Shown here one piece after another: positions 11,433 to 23,677 of a DNA stretch of 34,475 bases. A model generated the notes under the pieces. The model saw only the letters and a program-made list of their open reading frames with translations. It was not told where the DNA came from and did not search any database. A program made the translations under genes and the position numbers. Position 1 is the first letter of the stretch, and every line of letters starts with the position of its first letter. The DNA comes from Octopus bimaculoides (lineage: Eukaryota). The stretch lies in the NCBI RefSeq assembly GCF_001194135.2, contig NC_068989.1, forward strand, positions 17,461,747-17,496,221, given 5' to 3'.

Positions 11433-11934
11433 TGGTAAAACACTAGTTCAACCAGTGGAAAAGTGTTTCTGAGTTATTACAATTGATCCACCATTAGCTT
11501 CTAATTTTCAAAGAATATAAAATTAGAAGAAATGCTGTATTAATAATAATATTGGTCTGAACCTTGTGGTTAGGATCATCTGAACCTGACAACTCAATTT
11601 AAGGCTACAGAGTGTAATCCTTGCAGTAGTATGTCTAAAAAACAAGAGAGGATGATCAAACTGGGAATGATTTTGATCAAAGGCCTAGTGGATCACAGCT
11701 AACTTTGATAAATGACATATTTTAGATTCACTACATGAAAAGTGTGGCATAATTAAGTAATATCTTACTAGTATGACTTACTAAACTGGATGTTGTTTTA
11801 TTACTGGTCTTCAGACACATAAGGTCTATAAAAGTCAGAAAGCAAGAATGGGTGTTAAAAATTCCAAGACAACTTTTATAGAAGAATACAATATTTTCAA
11901 CATGATTTGAGCCTATTTTTATAATTACTCCTAT

Positions 11935-12363
11935 GAAGGCAGTTGAATGATAGAATTGCTAGAGCATTAGAAAAATGCCTGATGGTACTTAGTTCCAGTT
12001 CTTTTTGTTCTGATTTCAAATTCCATCAAGGCCAGCTTTAGTTTTCATTCCTCTAGGGTCAACAAAATAAAGTACCAGTCAATATAATCAACTAGCCCCT
12101 TAACCCCAAATTGCTAGCTTTGTGCCTATATTAGAAATGGTTATTATTTATTACTTCCAGGATGGTAGATTGGCAGAATTTTTAGAGCATTGGACAAAAT
12201 ACTTTGTGGCATTTCTTCTGGTTCTTTATGTTCTGAGTTCAAATCTCACCAAGGATAGCTTTGCCTTTCATCTCTCGGGAGGTACCTATAAAATAACAGT
12301 CAAGTATAGGGATTGATATAATCAACTAACCCCTCTCAGCAAATTACTGGTCTTGTGCCTACA
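11935..12363 (+). mobile_element. Two tandem degenerate SINE family A copies
   Basis: Two recognisable cores (~11935-12140, ~12158-12363); the second resumes after the nested SINE at 12760. Confidence 0.65.
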
Positions 12364-12759
12364 ATGGCCCAGTGGAGGTGCAATGGCCCAGTGGTTAGGG
12401 CAGCGGACTCGCAGTCATAGGATCGCGGTTTCGATTCCCAGACCGGTCGTTGCGAGTGTTTATTGAGCGAAAACACCTAAAGCTCCACGAGGCTCTGGCA
12501 GGGGATGGTGGCGGACCCTGCTGTACTCTTCCACCACAACTTTCTCTCACTCTTACTGCCTGTTTCTGTTGTGCCTGTAATTCAAAGGGTCAGCCTTGTC
12601 ACACTGTGTCATGCTGAATATCCCCGAGAACTACGTTAAGGGTACACGTGTCTCTGGAGTGCTCAGCCACTTGCACATTAATTTCCCGAGCAGGCTGTTC
12701 CGTTCATCAGATCAACTGGAACCCTCGACGTCGTAAGCGACAAAGTGCCAACAACAACA
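12364..12759 (+). mobile_element. tRNA-derived SINE, (CAA)n tail, nested in another SINE
   Basis: A-box tggcccagtggttagg and B-box-like ggtttcgattccc; 7-bp TSD GCCTACA at 12357-12363 and 12760-12766. Confidence 0.88.
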
Positions 12760-12949
12760 GCCTACATTAGAAACAGTTATTACTCTTACATTTACAGTTC
12801 ATGATGCATTGTGTTTGTTATTTGTCTCGGCAATCTAAACATCAAGGATCTGGTAGTTTTAAGAATGAAAATGAATAAGTAATAATTAATATTTACAATT
12901 TGTGTCAGTAACTATACTACTATTGGTTTGATGGTAATTTCATTTCTAG

Positions 12950-13032
12950 GTATTGTGCCACAGTTCTGTGAGAAATTGTTTGAAGAGATTGAAGAGAAGA
13001 AACAAGATCCAAATAATGCAACTGATTACCAG
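12950..13032 (+). CDS. KIF28P: Kinesin-3 motor exon
   Basis: ttctag| acceptor (phase 1), cag|gtaaaa donor. (G)IVPQFCEKLFEEIEEKKQDPNNATDYQ. Confidence 0.93.
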
Positions 13033-14574
13033 GTAAAAATCACATTATTTTGTATACAATTTATATACTGCTGTAGTCACCAATATGTTTTTTGTTTTAA
13101 TTTGTTACAAGTGAAAATATCAGATAACTGGTTATACTATATTTTGATCTACAGCTAGATCAGAGCAGGAGTACCAACAAAGGAGCCTCTTATGTGACCA
13201 TTTGATCTGCAAGAAATAGCTGCCAAATCTCCCTCAAATCTCATTCTACCATTTGACAGTTAGAGAATGTAGTGGATGTCAATGAAAACTGACATGAGGC
13301 TAAGAAATGGCTAACGATATGCAAGGACGATGTGGGGTTAATGAATATAGACAGATCTGATACCATCCTTCATTAGACAGGCATAATGACAAAGAAAAAG
13401 AGTAATCTCAATCATTTTAACTATTGTTTTGTTGTACTTGCATGGGTGGGCATGTATCCCCTAGTACTTGTCACCACAATTTTTTTGTCATCTGTTTTGT
13501 GAGGTTCTGCTTCTTGAGATTAGGCTTCACAACTTTGTCTCATATCTTACTAGGTTTCCCTCTTCAGTAGGTTCCATCTATTTCAATTGCTTGGCACTAG
13601 ACATTCAAGTGCCCACACCAGTGCTGTTTTTCTCTTGCTCACAACATCTGATTTCTCTTTATCCAGTTTCTCTAAGTTCATCTGTCTTCTACTGATCACT
13701 TTCACATCCCCAGGAATGTGGTTGCTTTATGTTTTTCATTCTTCCATATTTAAGACCTACATTTCACCACCATGCACGACCACACTTTGAGTGAAAGCGT
13801 GACACAACTTAATGAAAATACCATATCTATCTCTTTGCAGCCCCTACTAAATGAGAATAACCATTCAGTTCCACAAAAAGAACCTGGTCTGCCCATCCAC
13901 TTCTCTCATACTTTAACCCTTCATCCCCAAGCATAAAATCAACCCCTCACTTAGAGTTCGTAGTCTTGCAAACTGCTTGGTAACGTCAATACTGCTGGTG
14001 GTACAAAAAAACAAAAATAAAAAACACACACACACACACACACACACACAGTACACACTGTAAAGTGGTTGGTATTAGGAATGGCACCCAGTTGCAGGAA
14101 CCATGCCATAGCGGACATTAGTGTATGATGTAGACCTTGGACTCATGAGATTCTGTCAAACCATCCGACCCATGCCAGCTTGGAACATGGATATCACATG
14201 ATGATGATGATGATTAACTGACTCTTTGTCCATAGACTGAAGATGGTGGGAAATGGAAACAGATTCAAAGGATTCTTCAACATAAATGAAATTATTTCAA
14301 ATAATTCATTTAAAAGCATTTTCTCAAAATATTTTACTTTAAAAAAAGCTAATAAATGACAATAAATAAATAGATTTTTCCACGTTGAACTACTTTAGAT
14401 TTTATTGAAAATATCTGGATATATAGTAACAGGCATGGCTATGTGGTTTAAGAAGCCCATTTTGCTGCCATGTGGTACTGTATTACACCTTGGACAAATG
14501 TCTGCTACTATAGCACTGGGCTGACTAATGCCTTGTGAGTCTGCAGTATTTCTTACGTCTTTACTCTCTGAGTT

Positions 14575-15335
14575 CAAAAGACGCTGCCTTTCATCTTTTT
14601 TTTTGGGGGGGGGGGCGATGAAATAAGTTCCAATCAAATACTGGAGTTAGTGTAATTGACAAGTCCCTTCCCACCAAATTTCAGGCCTTATGCCTATAAA
14701 AGAAAAGATTAGTTTTTCTATTAGACGGCGAGCTGGTAGAATCGTTAGAACACCAGACGAAATACTTAGCAGCTTTCTTCACGTCTTTACATCCTGAGTT
14801 CAAATTATACCGAGGTCACTTTGTCTTTCATCCTTTCGAGGTCGATAAAATAAGTGCCATTTGAGCACTGGGGTTCGATGTAATCGACTAGCTCCCTACC
14901 CCAAAATTTCAAGCCTTGTGCTTATAGGTGAAAAACGGATTAATTTCTCCGAAAAGGTAGCAAGTTGGCAGACCCGTCTTTATATACTGAGTTCAAATTC
15001 CACAGCGGTCGACTTTGCCTTTCATCCTTTCGAGGCCGATAAAATAAGTACCAGTCAAATATTGAGGTTGATGTAATTAACTTACCCCTTCCCCCAAAAA
15101 CTGCTCAACCTGTGCCAAAATTTGAAACCTTAATTAATTTTTCAGAATCGTTAGCATGTCGGACAAAATGCTTAACGACATTTTTTTCTGACTTCACGTT
15201 CTGAGTTCAAATTCTGCCGAGGTTGACTTTGTCTTTCATCCTTTCGAAGTCGATAAAATAAGTACCGGTAGAACATTGTAATTAAGTAGATCTTCCCCAA
15301 AATTTCAGACCTGGTACCTATAGCAGAAAGAATTA
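14575..15335 (+). mobile_element. Head-to-tail cluster of about four SINE family A copies
   Basis: Cores/3' ends near 14575-14710, 14722-14940, 14955-15130 and 15140-15335. Confidence 0.75.
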
Positions 15336-16756
15336 TCAATTTCTCAACGAAAAAAATGGTTGTTTTTCAGAAATGCCAAACAAACTAGATTTGTGTGGAA
15401 TTTTTTCAATAAATTCAAAATATGTAATTCAGATGGAAAAGATTCAAATTAATGGATATTATCAGTTTAAACGCGAAATTAATAATTTTTTCATTTATTG
15501 AAGAAATATAGAAAAAGTCTGGAAACCGCCATCTGTCCGTAAATGTCCGGGAAGCGACGATCCGTTTTGTTGGAAACCAGATGTTGTGTCGTCAATATTC
15601 TGTGTCTTCGAATATGTCTGCCACATCTTACACATTCTTTACTTAAGAATGACACAAACATCGGTACAAACATTTATTTCTCGTCTACAAACTCAAGATT
15701 TTAATATTCTATTGTACTGTTTACTCTTTGTATGTCCGACACGGACACATTATAGTGTTTGATGATGTTTGTTTTCTAACAATTCTTAGCATTAATCATA
15801 CTGAACAAAAACCGAAACCTCACGAAAAAAATTTACAGGAAACAAATTTAAGGATAACCGAGCGATTTTTAGATATTTTCATTACGGAACATCTTTTATG
15901 AAGTGAAATACCTATTTTTGCTTTTGTACTAAAATCGTTTTATCAATTACCTACTTACATATAATGTCCTGTGTGTTTTTTCTTTAAAAAGTTTGTCAAA
16001 TGAATAAGTTACATCATGTTAGAGATAACATTATCCACCAACCGCTGATCAAAGATGGCCCAACCATTGCCATGCTGTCCTTTATTGAGATTTAGTTTAT
16101 CTAGGATACACTACCTAATATGTCCTTTCCTTTTACGATGTAATTCGAGGAAGATTTGGTTGCTATCTCTTAGGTCACTCGTCTCACTATTCGATCAGAT
16201 CGTTGACTACCCAACTCCTAGTGATTGTTTACCTACTTGAAATAGCAACCAAATCTTCCTCAAATCGTACTGCAATGTTTCTTATTATTTTCTTCATAAT
16301 GTGACGGACATCAAATAAAAAGTGTTACTCGAGTACTTTGCATGAGTTGTTACACAATTTTGAAGTTAGCAATTTTGAAAAACAGATAAAAATCTATCAC
16401 CTACCTTGTTTTATGTATCATTTGTGAATAATACGTTTTTTTTTTATGCTCAAGCATTAGCTTGGATTAAATTATACTTTTCTTTTTAATCTGCTGCACA
16501 ACGGGATAGTCCTTGTAAATGCATTGCTTGTGAACCACTGCTCATCGTCTTAAAAATGAAGAATACATCGAGAATAGGTAGTATTATGATCGATAATACT
16601 AGGATGCCTTTTATCGTTGGGTTGCATGCACAGTGCAAGATGACTAGAAGCTTAACAACCACGTCGTTGATGTATGATAAAGTAACTTTGATACACACAT
16701 ACACGCATACATACATACACACGTACGTACGTACGTACGTACGTACGTACATACAT

Positions 16757-17912
16757 AGTTTGCATACATGAGAGGCTGATAACATCATAAGACTTGGAAG
16801 GCAGCTACTTGAGCAACACTCTTTGTCTGATAACCTAGAATACATACCCAAAGAAGTCGCACAACGCTACTGCAACGTTTCATCAGATGAAAGGATGAGC
16901 CTATATGAGCAGAAGACTATGCATGGATATGTCACTAGAAAGCTTCGTTATGATAGTAACATCGATCATCAAAGCAGTTTATCATGGACCAATAGCCATA
17001 TTACTACCTCCCACTTTGAAGGGTATGTGTTTCAAAACCACGAACAGGAAATATCAACCAAGTACCTGATGCACAAAAGGGATAAAGATGCAGGAAAAGC
17101 AGTAAAATGTGACAACCGATGCAGACTTTGTGGAGTTCACACTGAAGATATCATCCACATCATAAGCAGTTTTCCAAAAATGTCATCACGGTATTATCTA
17201 CTGATGAGACATGATGTAGCTAGGACGTTCTATAATGAAATCCGTCGAAAAGATAATCCTGGGGACAAAGAAATAAAAACCCACAATATGGTAGAAGCCA
17301 TAGCCACTCATAATAAAAAGGAATACTGGTAGAATGTACTGGTGAAGACCTCAATAAAATGTAAGCACAACAGACCTGATATAATAATTTGGGATAGAAA
17401 TGAGAAACTGTGCACAGTTGTGGAAATTAGCTGCCCAGCAGATGTTAACATAAAACTGAAGATCAGTGAGAAAGAGAACACCTATGCTGAACTATTGAGA
17501 AATCTGCAGTTACTCTATCCAGATTACAAGTTCAGGTTTATACCAGTAATTATTGGAGCCCTGGGATATGTAACACACTGCCTAAATGCCAATCTTGAGA
17601 AATTGGGCTTCTCAGGACCAGAAAGGAGAAAGCTAATTTGAAGACTACAGAGCCAATCCATCACTGGAACTGTGAAAATCTGTAAAACTTTCCAGAATTT
17701 TATCATTTAAATATATATGAGCATGTCTAGATATGCGACTATATGCATGGGAATACATGCTCAAAACATACAAATCTGCACATACATACATACATACACA
17801 CAAAAATATCCTGTTGTTGATGTTGAAATTCCAATGAAGGAGCCTTGGATCTAGGACAGAAACCAGTTCTTTCTCTATTGGCAAGAAATCTTGAAATAAA
17901 CTGAATAATGAC
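16757..17912 (+). mobile_element. 5'-truncated RLE LINE (R4/Dong-like), second family
   Basis: ORFs 16823-17332 and 17342-17641 read through stops at ~17330 and ~17639: CRLCGVHTEDIIHIISS (CCHC-like), HNRPDIIIWD..VVEISCP..KY-like..PVIIGALG (PD..D/E endonuclease). (TACA)n-type repeats on both flanks. Confidence 0.88.
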
Positions 17913-17964
17913 ATATACATACATACATACATATTAATAATATTGACTTTTAAATAAATGTCTA

Positions 17965-18125
17965 GTCAATTAGATCAACTCCAACACTTAACTGGTACTT
18001 AATTTTATCAATCTCTGATGGATAGGCAGCAAAATTGACTGCGCTGAGATTGGAACTTAGAACGTAAAAGTCACAACTAAATATGGCAAAACATTTTGAC
18101 TGCTTCTAACTATTCTGCCAATTAA
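17965..18125 (-). mobile_element. Degenerate SINE family A copy
   Basis: aactggtacttaattttatcaatc..ggaacttagaac. Confidence 0.55.
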
Positions 18126-18897
18126 TCCTCTCTTTCTTTCTCTCCACCTCTGTGTCTCTCTCTCCACACACACACACACACACACACACACATCCTCATC
18201 ATCACCACCACCATTTCATGTTCATATCCTATGCTAGCATGGGTTGAACAGTTCAACACACACACACACAACTTGCTGAGACTAGAGGAAGTAGCAGTGC
18301 CCATTACAATTTGCTGGCTCTTTTGACTGGTGAAGTTGATGTTGTTAATGTTCCATCCTGTTGTGGGATCCTGCAGGGAAGATATGAACAGAGAGGAGGT
18401 TTCAGGGGGTGGGGGCAATGTTCTGGGGAGAAAGGCTAGGGTATAGAGCTAAGTGACCCTTGGAGGTGTTGGACACAACATGAGTTATGAGAGATGGAGA
18501 GATGAATGGCTTGGGGTAGCCTGAGCAGTGGAGGTATGAGACCAGCTGGCCCTGAAGAGTAGACGCTATTATAGCAGTGATAGGAAATACAGAAAGAAGA
18601 GATGGGTCTGAGGCTGGAATGTGTCCATTAATGATTAAATACCAGCCAGATGAGTTTCCCTTCTTTGGACTTGTATGTTTTAATGGTTATCATAATTCTA
18701 CTATGATGTCATTGTTTCTGACTCCAATACTTAAAATCAGATCATGTCTGCTGTTTGTTTCCCTTTGTATTGTTAGAACAAACAAGTGAAAGTCAATAAA
18801 ATAAGATGTTGAAATGCACAAAAAAATTAAGAATCATTAGAAAGATTTGATTCAGTGGTCTTCTCTTGTTATTCTCTGAATACTGTTTATTCTTCAG

Positions 18898-19006
18898 GTG
18901 ATATGCAGTATGTTAGAGCTTTATAACGAGAAGATACGTGATCTTTTATCATCAACAAAAAATGAGAATCTGAAAATATGTCTTCACCCTTCTCATGGTT
19001 TCTATG
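18898..19006 (+). CDS. KIF28P: Kinesin-3 motor exon (beta4-L8)
   Basis: cttcag| acceptor, G|gtaagt donor. VICSMLELYNEKIRDLLSSTKNENLKICLHPSHGFY(V) matches the E(I/L)YNE.IRDLL motif. Not in the supplied ORF track. Confidence 0.93.
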
Positions 19007-19120
19007 GTAAGTGGCTTTTGTATGACACATCATTTTTGCCACAGATATGGCTGTAGCCACTTATTCAATAGTTTATTTGTGATTTTCATGCATGAAATGA
19101 TGTATTTGGTTATTTTACAG

Positions 19121-19232
19121 TGAAAAACTTGCAACAAATTCCTGTCAAGAATTTTGAAAAAATCAAAGAACTTATGAATGTTGGCACCACTAATAGAACT
19201 GTAGCAGCAACAAATATGAATGCAACCAGCAG
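19121..19232 (+). CDS. KIF28P: Kinesin-3 motor exon (alpha3, start of switch I)
   Basis: ttacag| acceptor after a 114-nt intron, AG|gtcaga donor. (V)KNLQQIPVKNFEKIKELMNVGTTNRTVAATNMNATS(S). Confidence 0.93.
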
Positions 19233-19390
19233 GTCAGAAAAGGATGCAAACATATTTACTTAAAATATATAAATAATACTAGTGTGATGTTACTTTTACA
19301 GCATAAAGAAATTTGTATGTTCATTTTAAGAAAAAAATATATTTTGAAATTACTGCAGTTTGCATTATATATATATATATATATATATAT

Positions 19391-19842
19391 CATCATCATC
19401 ATCATCATCGTTTAACGTCCGCTTTCCACGCTAGCATGGGTTGGACGATTTGACTGAGGACTGGTGAAACCGGATGGCAACACCAGGCTCCAGTCTGATT
19501 TGGCAGAGTTTCTACAGCTGGATGCCCTTCCTAACGCCAACCACTCAGAGAGTGTAGTGGGTGCTTTTACGTGTCACCCGCACGAAAACGGCCACGCTCG
19601 AAATGGTGTCTTTTATGTGCCACCCGCACAAGCCAGTCCAGGGGCACTGGCAACGATCTCGCTCGAAAATCCTACAGGAGCCAGTCAGGCGGTACTGGCA
19701 ACGGCCACGCTCAAAATGGTGCATCTGATGTGCCACCCGCACAAGAACCAGTCCAGGGGCACTGGCAACGATCTTACTTGGCTTGCCGGGTCTTCTCACG
19801 CACAGCACATTTCCAAAGGTCTCGGTCAGTAGTCATCGCCTC
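19391..19842 (-). mobile_element. (GAT)n-tailed RTE-3'-end family copy, young
   Basis: (TA)n on both sides; 1 mismatch against 34205-34475 over ~265 nt; internal ~70-bp module duplicated. Confidence 0.85.
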
Positions 19843-19889
19843 ATATATATATATATATAAAACTATCAAATATTTATTAGGAATTATAT

Positions 19890-20260
19890 AAGATCTCTGT
19901 CAGTCACGGTCGATTTAGGTTGTTACGTCCTGTAGGTTTGCTTTCCTTATGCAGTCTTTCCTGTGAATGAGAAGTTCTGTGTGTGTATGGCAGTCTCTAT
20001 TGCAAAAGTTACATCTGTGTAAAGTTTATGGTCTGTCTGTATAATAACGCAGTTTTCTATGGGCCTTCATGTCTCCTGTAATGTCTTAGTTTCTGTCTCT
20101 CATTTTGTTGGAACAAGATGTTTCTCCACATCATGGACACAGGAATAAATAAGATGATTAGGAATTAGAAGACATACTTTTATGGGCTATAGTTTGGAGT
20201 ATGTTGAAAACCAATTTCATGTCAATAAGTTGGGTGACTTGTTATATTTTGGGATGTAAT
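19890..20260 (-). mobile_element. Degenerate RTE-like LINE C-terminal fragment
   Basis: Minus strand encodes CNFCNRDCHTHTELLIHRKDC, resembling the terminal C..C.R.C....L..H.R.C motif of RTE-type ORFs; many stops upstream. Confidence 0.5.
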
Positions 20261-20847
20261 TTCATATTTTTTCATGTGTAATAACACTGACTCAAATATG
20301 AGATTAGGAGCATTGTTTTAATAATCAGTTGATCTAGCAATCGGGGCTTCATATCAGTGAAGGGGCCGGTGCACATTGGTGCCGTCGCGAGGTAGGCCCC
20401 GAAACGGCGCGCATTCTCTCCTGATGACCCCATACACTTGCTGGCTTCTGGTATGCGGAATTCTTGACTGGTAGCACTTGCATGTGCGAGTTGTTTGCAA
20501 GACATATTGTTGGTTTCACTTGAGTTTTGTAAATACATAAATTACAACATTTATTTCAATGCTGTGGGCTACATTATAATACTAGATTTAATGCAAGAAT
20601 GTGATCAGTTTACTTTACCATAAATGTAATCCTTAGGAATCTTATGCTGCCAATGAGTTTATTACCTTCCATAAATATTGACCCTTGCAGAAGTTTCAGA
20701 TTGTGATCAGGCTACACAGTAATAATGAAATAGTGATCAGGTGATCAGGCCACACAGTAATAACTGAATATTTCAGTAATATTTCAGCCCATAACAAAAC
20801 ACTTCTTTCTATCTCTCTTTCATATCTCACTTCTCAATCTTTCTTAT

Positions 20848-21066
20848 TTCTTTATTGCCCACAAGGGGCTAAACATAGAGGGGACAAACAAACGGATTAA
20901 GTCGATTACATCGACCCAGTGCGTATCTGGTACTTATTTAATCGACTTCGAAAGGATGAAAGGCTAGGTCAACCTTGGCGGAATTTGAACACAGACCGTA
21001 GCAGCAGACGAAATACCGCTAACCATTTTGCCTGGTGTGCTAACATTTCTGCCAGCTCACCGCCTT
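20848..21066 (-). mobile_element. SINE family A subfamily copy
   Basis: Homologous to 10200-10412. Confidence 0.75.
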
Positions 21067-22680
21067 TCAATCTTTCTACCAAACCAGTGAATCCAACCAT
21101 CTATTTTTGTACTATAACTGTCTCAAGCCAATGAGGGAGCCTCTACATGGTTATTTGATCTTTTAAAAATAGTAGGCAATATCTTCCTCAAATCACATAC
21201 TACTATGTTATATAAGAACAGTAGTCATAAGATAATGTAGTCCTACATATCCCTAAAATGATGTACTTGTCATGGCTGGAATGCCTCAGATCATTAGTTT
21301 GATTAGAGTTGGCATGGAGCTCAAGCACCACAGCAACTGTATATATTTCTGTTCCTTAGCTAAAGATGTCATTTTCCTTACTTTTTGTGATATAAATATT
21401 CATATATACATATGTTTCTGTAATTACACAAAAACATTCTAGTTTTCCTATATTTAATCATCAGCACAATGAATATTTGTTCTTAGCTGTATGGTTTATG
21501 AACACTTCAAGTTTGACTCCTCTTTTTCATCATTTTATTATTATATTTCTGTATATTTGGGGGATTCCATTTGTATTAAAACTAGCATTTGACCTTGGTA
21601 TGCCTGTGTTCATTAATGCCTAACATAAATACAGTCACACGAATTCACTATATTTTGGATAAACTGATTTAAAAATATACTGACAACCTTCAATAAGTCT
21701 AGGAATGTTGATTTACACAGAATTGTTGAATCCAAGCAATTTAGAAGAGTTCAAATTAAGCTTTATATAGTTTATATGTACTGAATTGTCTTAGAACATT
21801 TTATTTCCTGTTTCATTTACTGGAGCTGGTTTTGATCTGTGATGACTCTATGGCCATTGAAGTACAGCTAGGTAGTCATGAATAGTTTTACAATTAACTT
21901 GTTTACCTCTCAATCCTGATTTCCCTACTGAGGTAGTTTTTGTATTAGTTTGTCATTATTATCTAGCATTTGATCAATACTTAAAATTTCATTTATTAGA
22001 AAGTATAAGAAAAAGGTCATGCTGCTTATATTCTTTTCCTTGAAATGATGTGCACTTATGTAACATTTCAACTACATAGCTGCAAAATGGTGGCTTGCAT
22101 CCTGTAGTCACTTCTGTATAATTTATTAAGATATAACATATGTCAAACATTTTGTTTTAAAACTCTGAATTGTATTTTTATTTTCCATTTTGGTTTGGTT
22201 TTAAATCAGACTAAATACTTAGCACATTTTGTAATTTGAATCTAACAGTTTCATTAACTTAACTTCTCCACCTTTTTTCATACTTCACATTTTTTTTCAT
22301 TCACCTTCAATGATTGTTAGCACTAAACTCTATGTATATTGTAGATAAGTGGCAACAAGTTAATTTAAATTATCATATCTGAACATTTCTGACACTCAGA
22401 GCCTATATATTTCTACCAATCAGCAACCATTAATATTATTTGAAAAAAATATTAATCTCATTAAAAATGTAAAACTACAAAGTATATCTTTGCTTGACTT
22501 GCATCTTTACTATACTTGTCAGTTTTATTTTATTTATTTTCTACTTCACAGCTCTTAGCAATATATTAATTACATTTATATTAGAAAAGTGAGTTTGAGA
22601 TAATCTTTGAAATTTTTTTTTTTTTTATTAACTGAATTGTAATATTGAAGATGTGTTGATTTGATTTCTGAATATTTCAG

Positions 22681-22788
22681 TCGTGCGCATACCATGTTTG
22701 GTATAACATTCACTCAAAAGTTTGAAAATACAGCTGGAACTATGTCTGAAAAGTCAGCTATGATTAATCTAGTTGATCTTGCAGGAAG
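22681..22788 (+). CDS. KIF28P: Kinesin-3 motor exon (switch I end to switch II)
   Basis: tttcag| acceptor, AG|gtaaga donor. (S)RAHTMFGITFTQKFENTAGTMSEKSAMINLVDLAG(S) completes NATSSRAH and LVDLAGSE. Confidence 0.95.
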
Positions 22789-23070
22789 GTAAGATTATAT
22801 GACTAATTAGCACAAAATTAAAGGAGATACTTTCATTAATATATATAACGCCCATGGTCTTATCTCAAACCAGTTTCAGTCGAACTGTATCAGTGACCAT
22901 GTCACATTTAGTGCAACGAAAATTTTGATATCAAATAATAAATGTTCAAATAAAGTTAGCAGTTTTTGTGTGTTTTTAAATGACTAATTAATCTTTCATT
23001 CTATAATTGTTTTAGTTTCAACACAGTCTCAAATCAAATCACTTGCTAGACAAGAATATCTGTGAAATAA

Positions 23071-23245
23071 TGATCATCATCATCATTTAACATTCGCTTT
23101 CCATGCTTAGCATGGGTTGGACGGTTTGACTGAGGACTGGCAAGCCAGAAGTCTGTACCAGGCTCCAATATGATCTGGCAAGGTTTCTACAGCTGGATGC
23201 CCTTCCTAACGTCAACCACTCCGATAGTGTAGTGGGTGCTTTTTA
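23071..23245 (-). mobile_element. Truncated (GAT)n-tailed family copy
   Basis: catcatcatttaacattcgctttccatgcttagcatggg..gtgtagtgggtgctttt. Confidence 0.75.
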
Positions 23246-23609
23246 ATGTTTTTAGTTATTCAAGATATTTTATACACTGTCATTTTATAGAAATTAGCTG
23301 TTTGCATCTGCTTGCCAGCCCTGGTCAAACCATCCAACCCATGCCAGCATGGACAACAGACGTTCAATGATGATGATGATGATGATAGCTGTTCGTTTAT
23401 TCATTAGATGTCCATTTCTCCAAGCTAGTCTGGGTTGTATGGGAACTTTATTTGAGACAGTGTTTTATAGCTGGATGCTCTTCCTGGTGCCAACTCTTAC
23501 TTGTTTTTTAAGTAATGGGAAATCTGAATCATCTACAAATGTAAATATCATCACTGCTTCATTCAAGTGGTGACAAATCATGGAATATTAACATACTTGC
23601 ACACTTTCA

Positions 23610-23639
23610 CTCTCTCTCTCTTTCTCTCTCTCTTTTCTT

Positions 23640-23677
<38 letters not shown>

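Noticed and set aside
15490-15680. CpG-rich open stretch as a possible nested exon or promoter
   Set aside because: No recognisable protein motif or convincing splice pair; cannot be supported from sequence alone.
19464-19891. Overlapping 87-122 aa ORFs (and homologous ORFs at 5399-5701 and 27230-27544)
   Set aside because: All arise from the GC-rich GAT-tailed repeat; the same peptide recurs in each copy because of the repeat, not because of a gene.
20703-20765. Short tandem duplication gtgatcagg(c)..acacagtaataa, and aggaaattagacaagt x2 near 28536-28569
   Set aside because: Ordinary slippage-type local duplications with no further structure.
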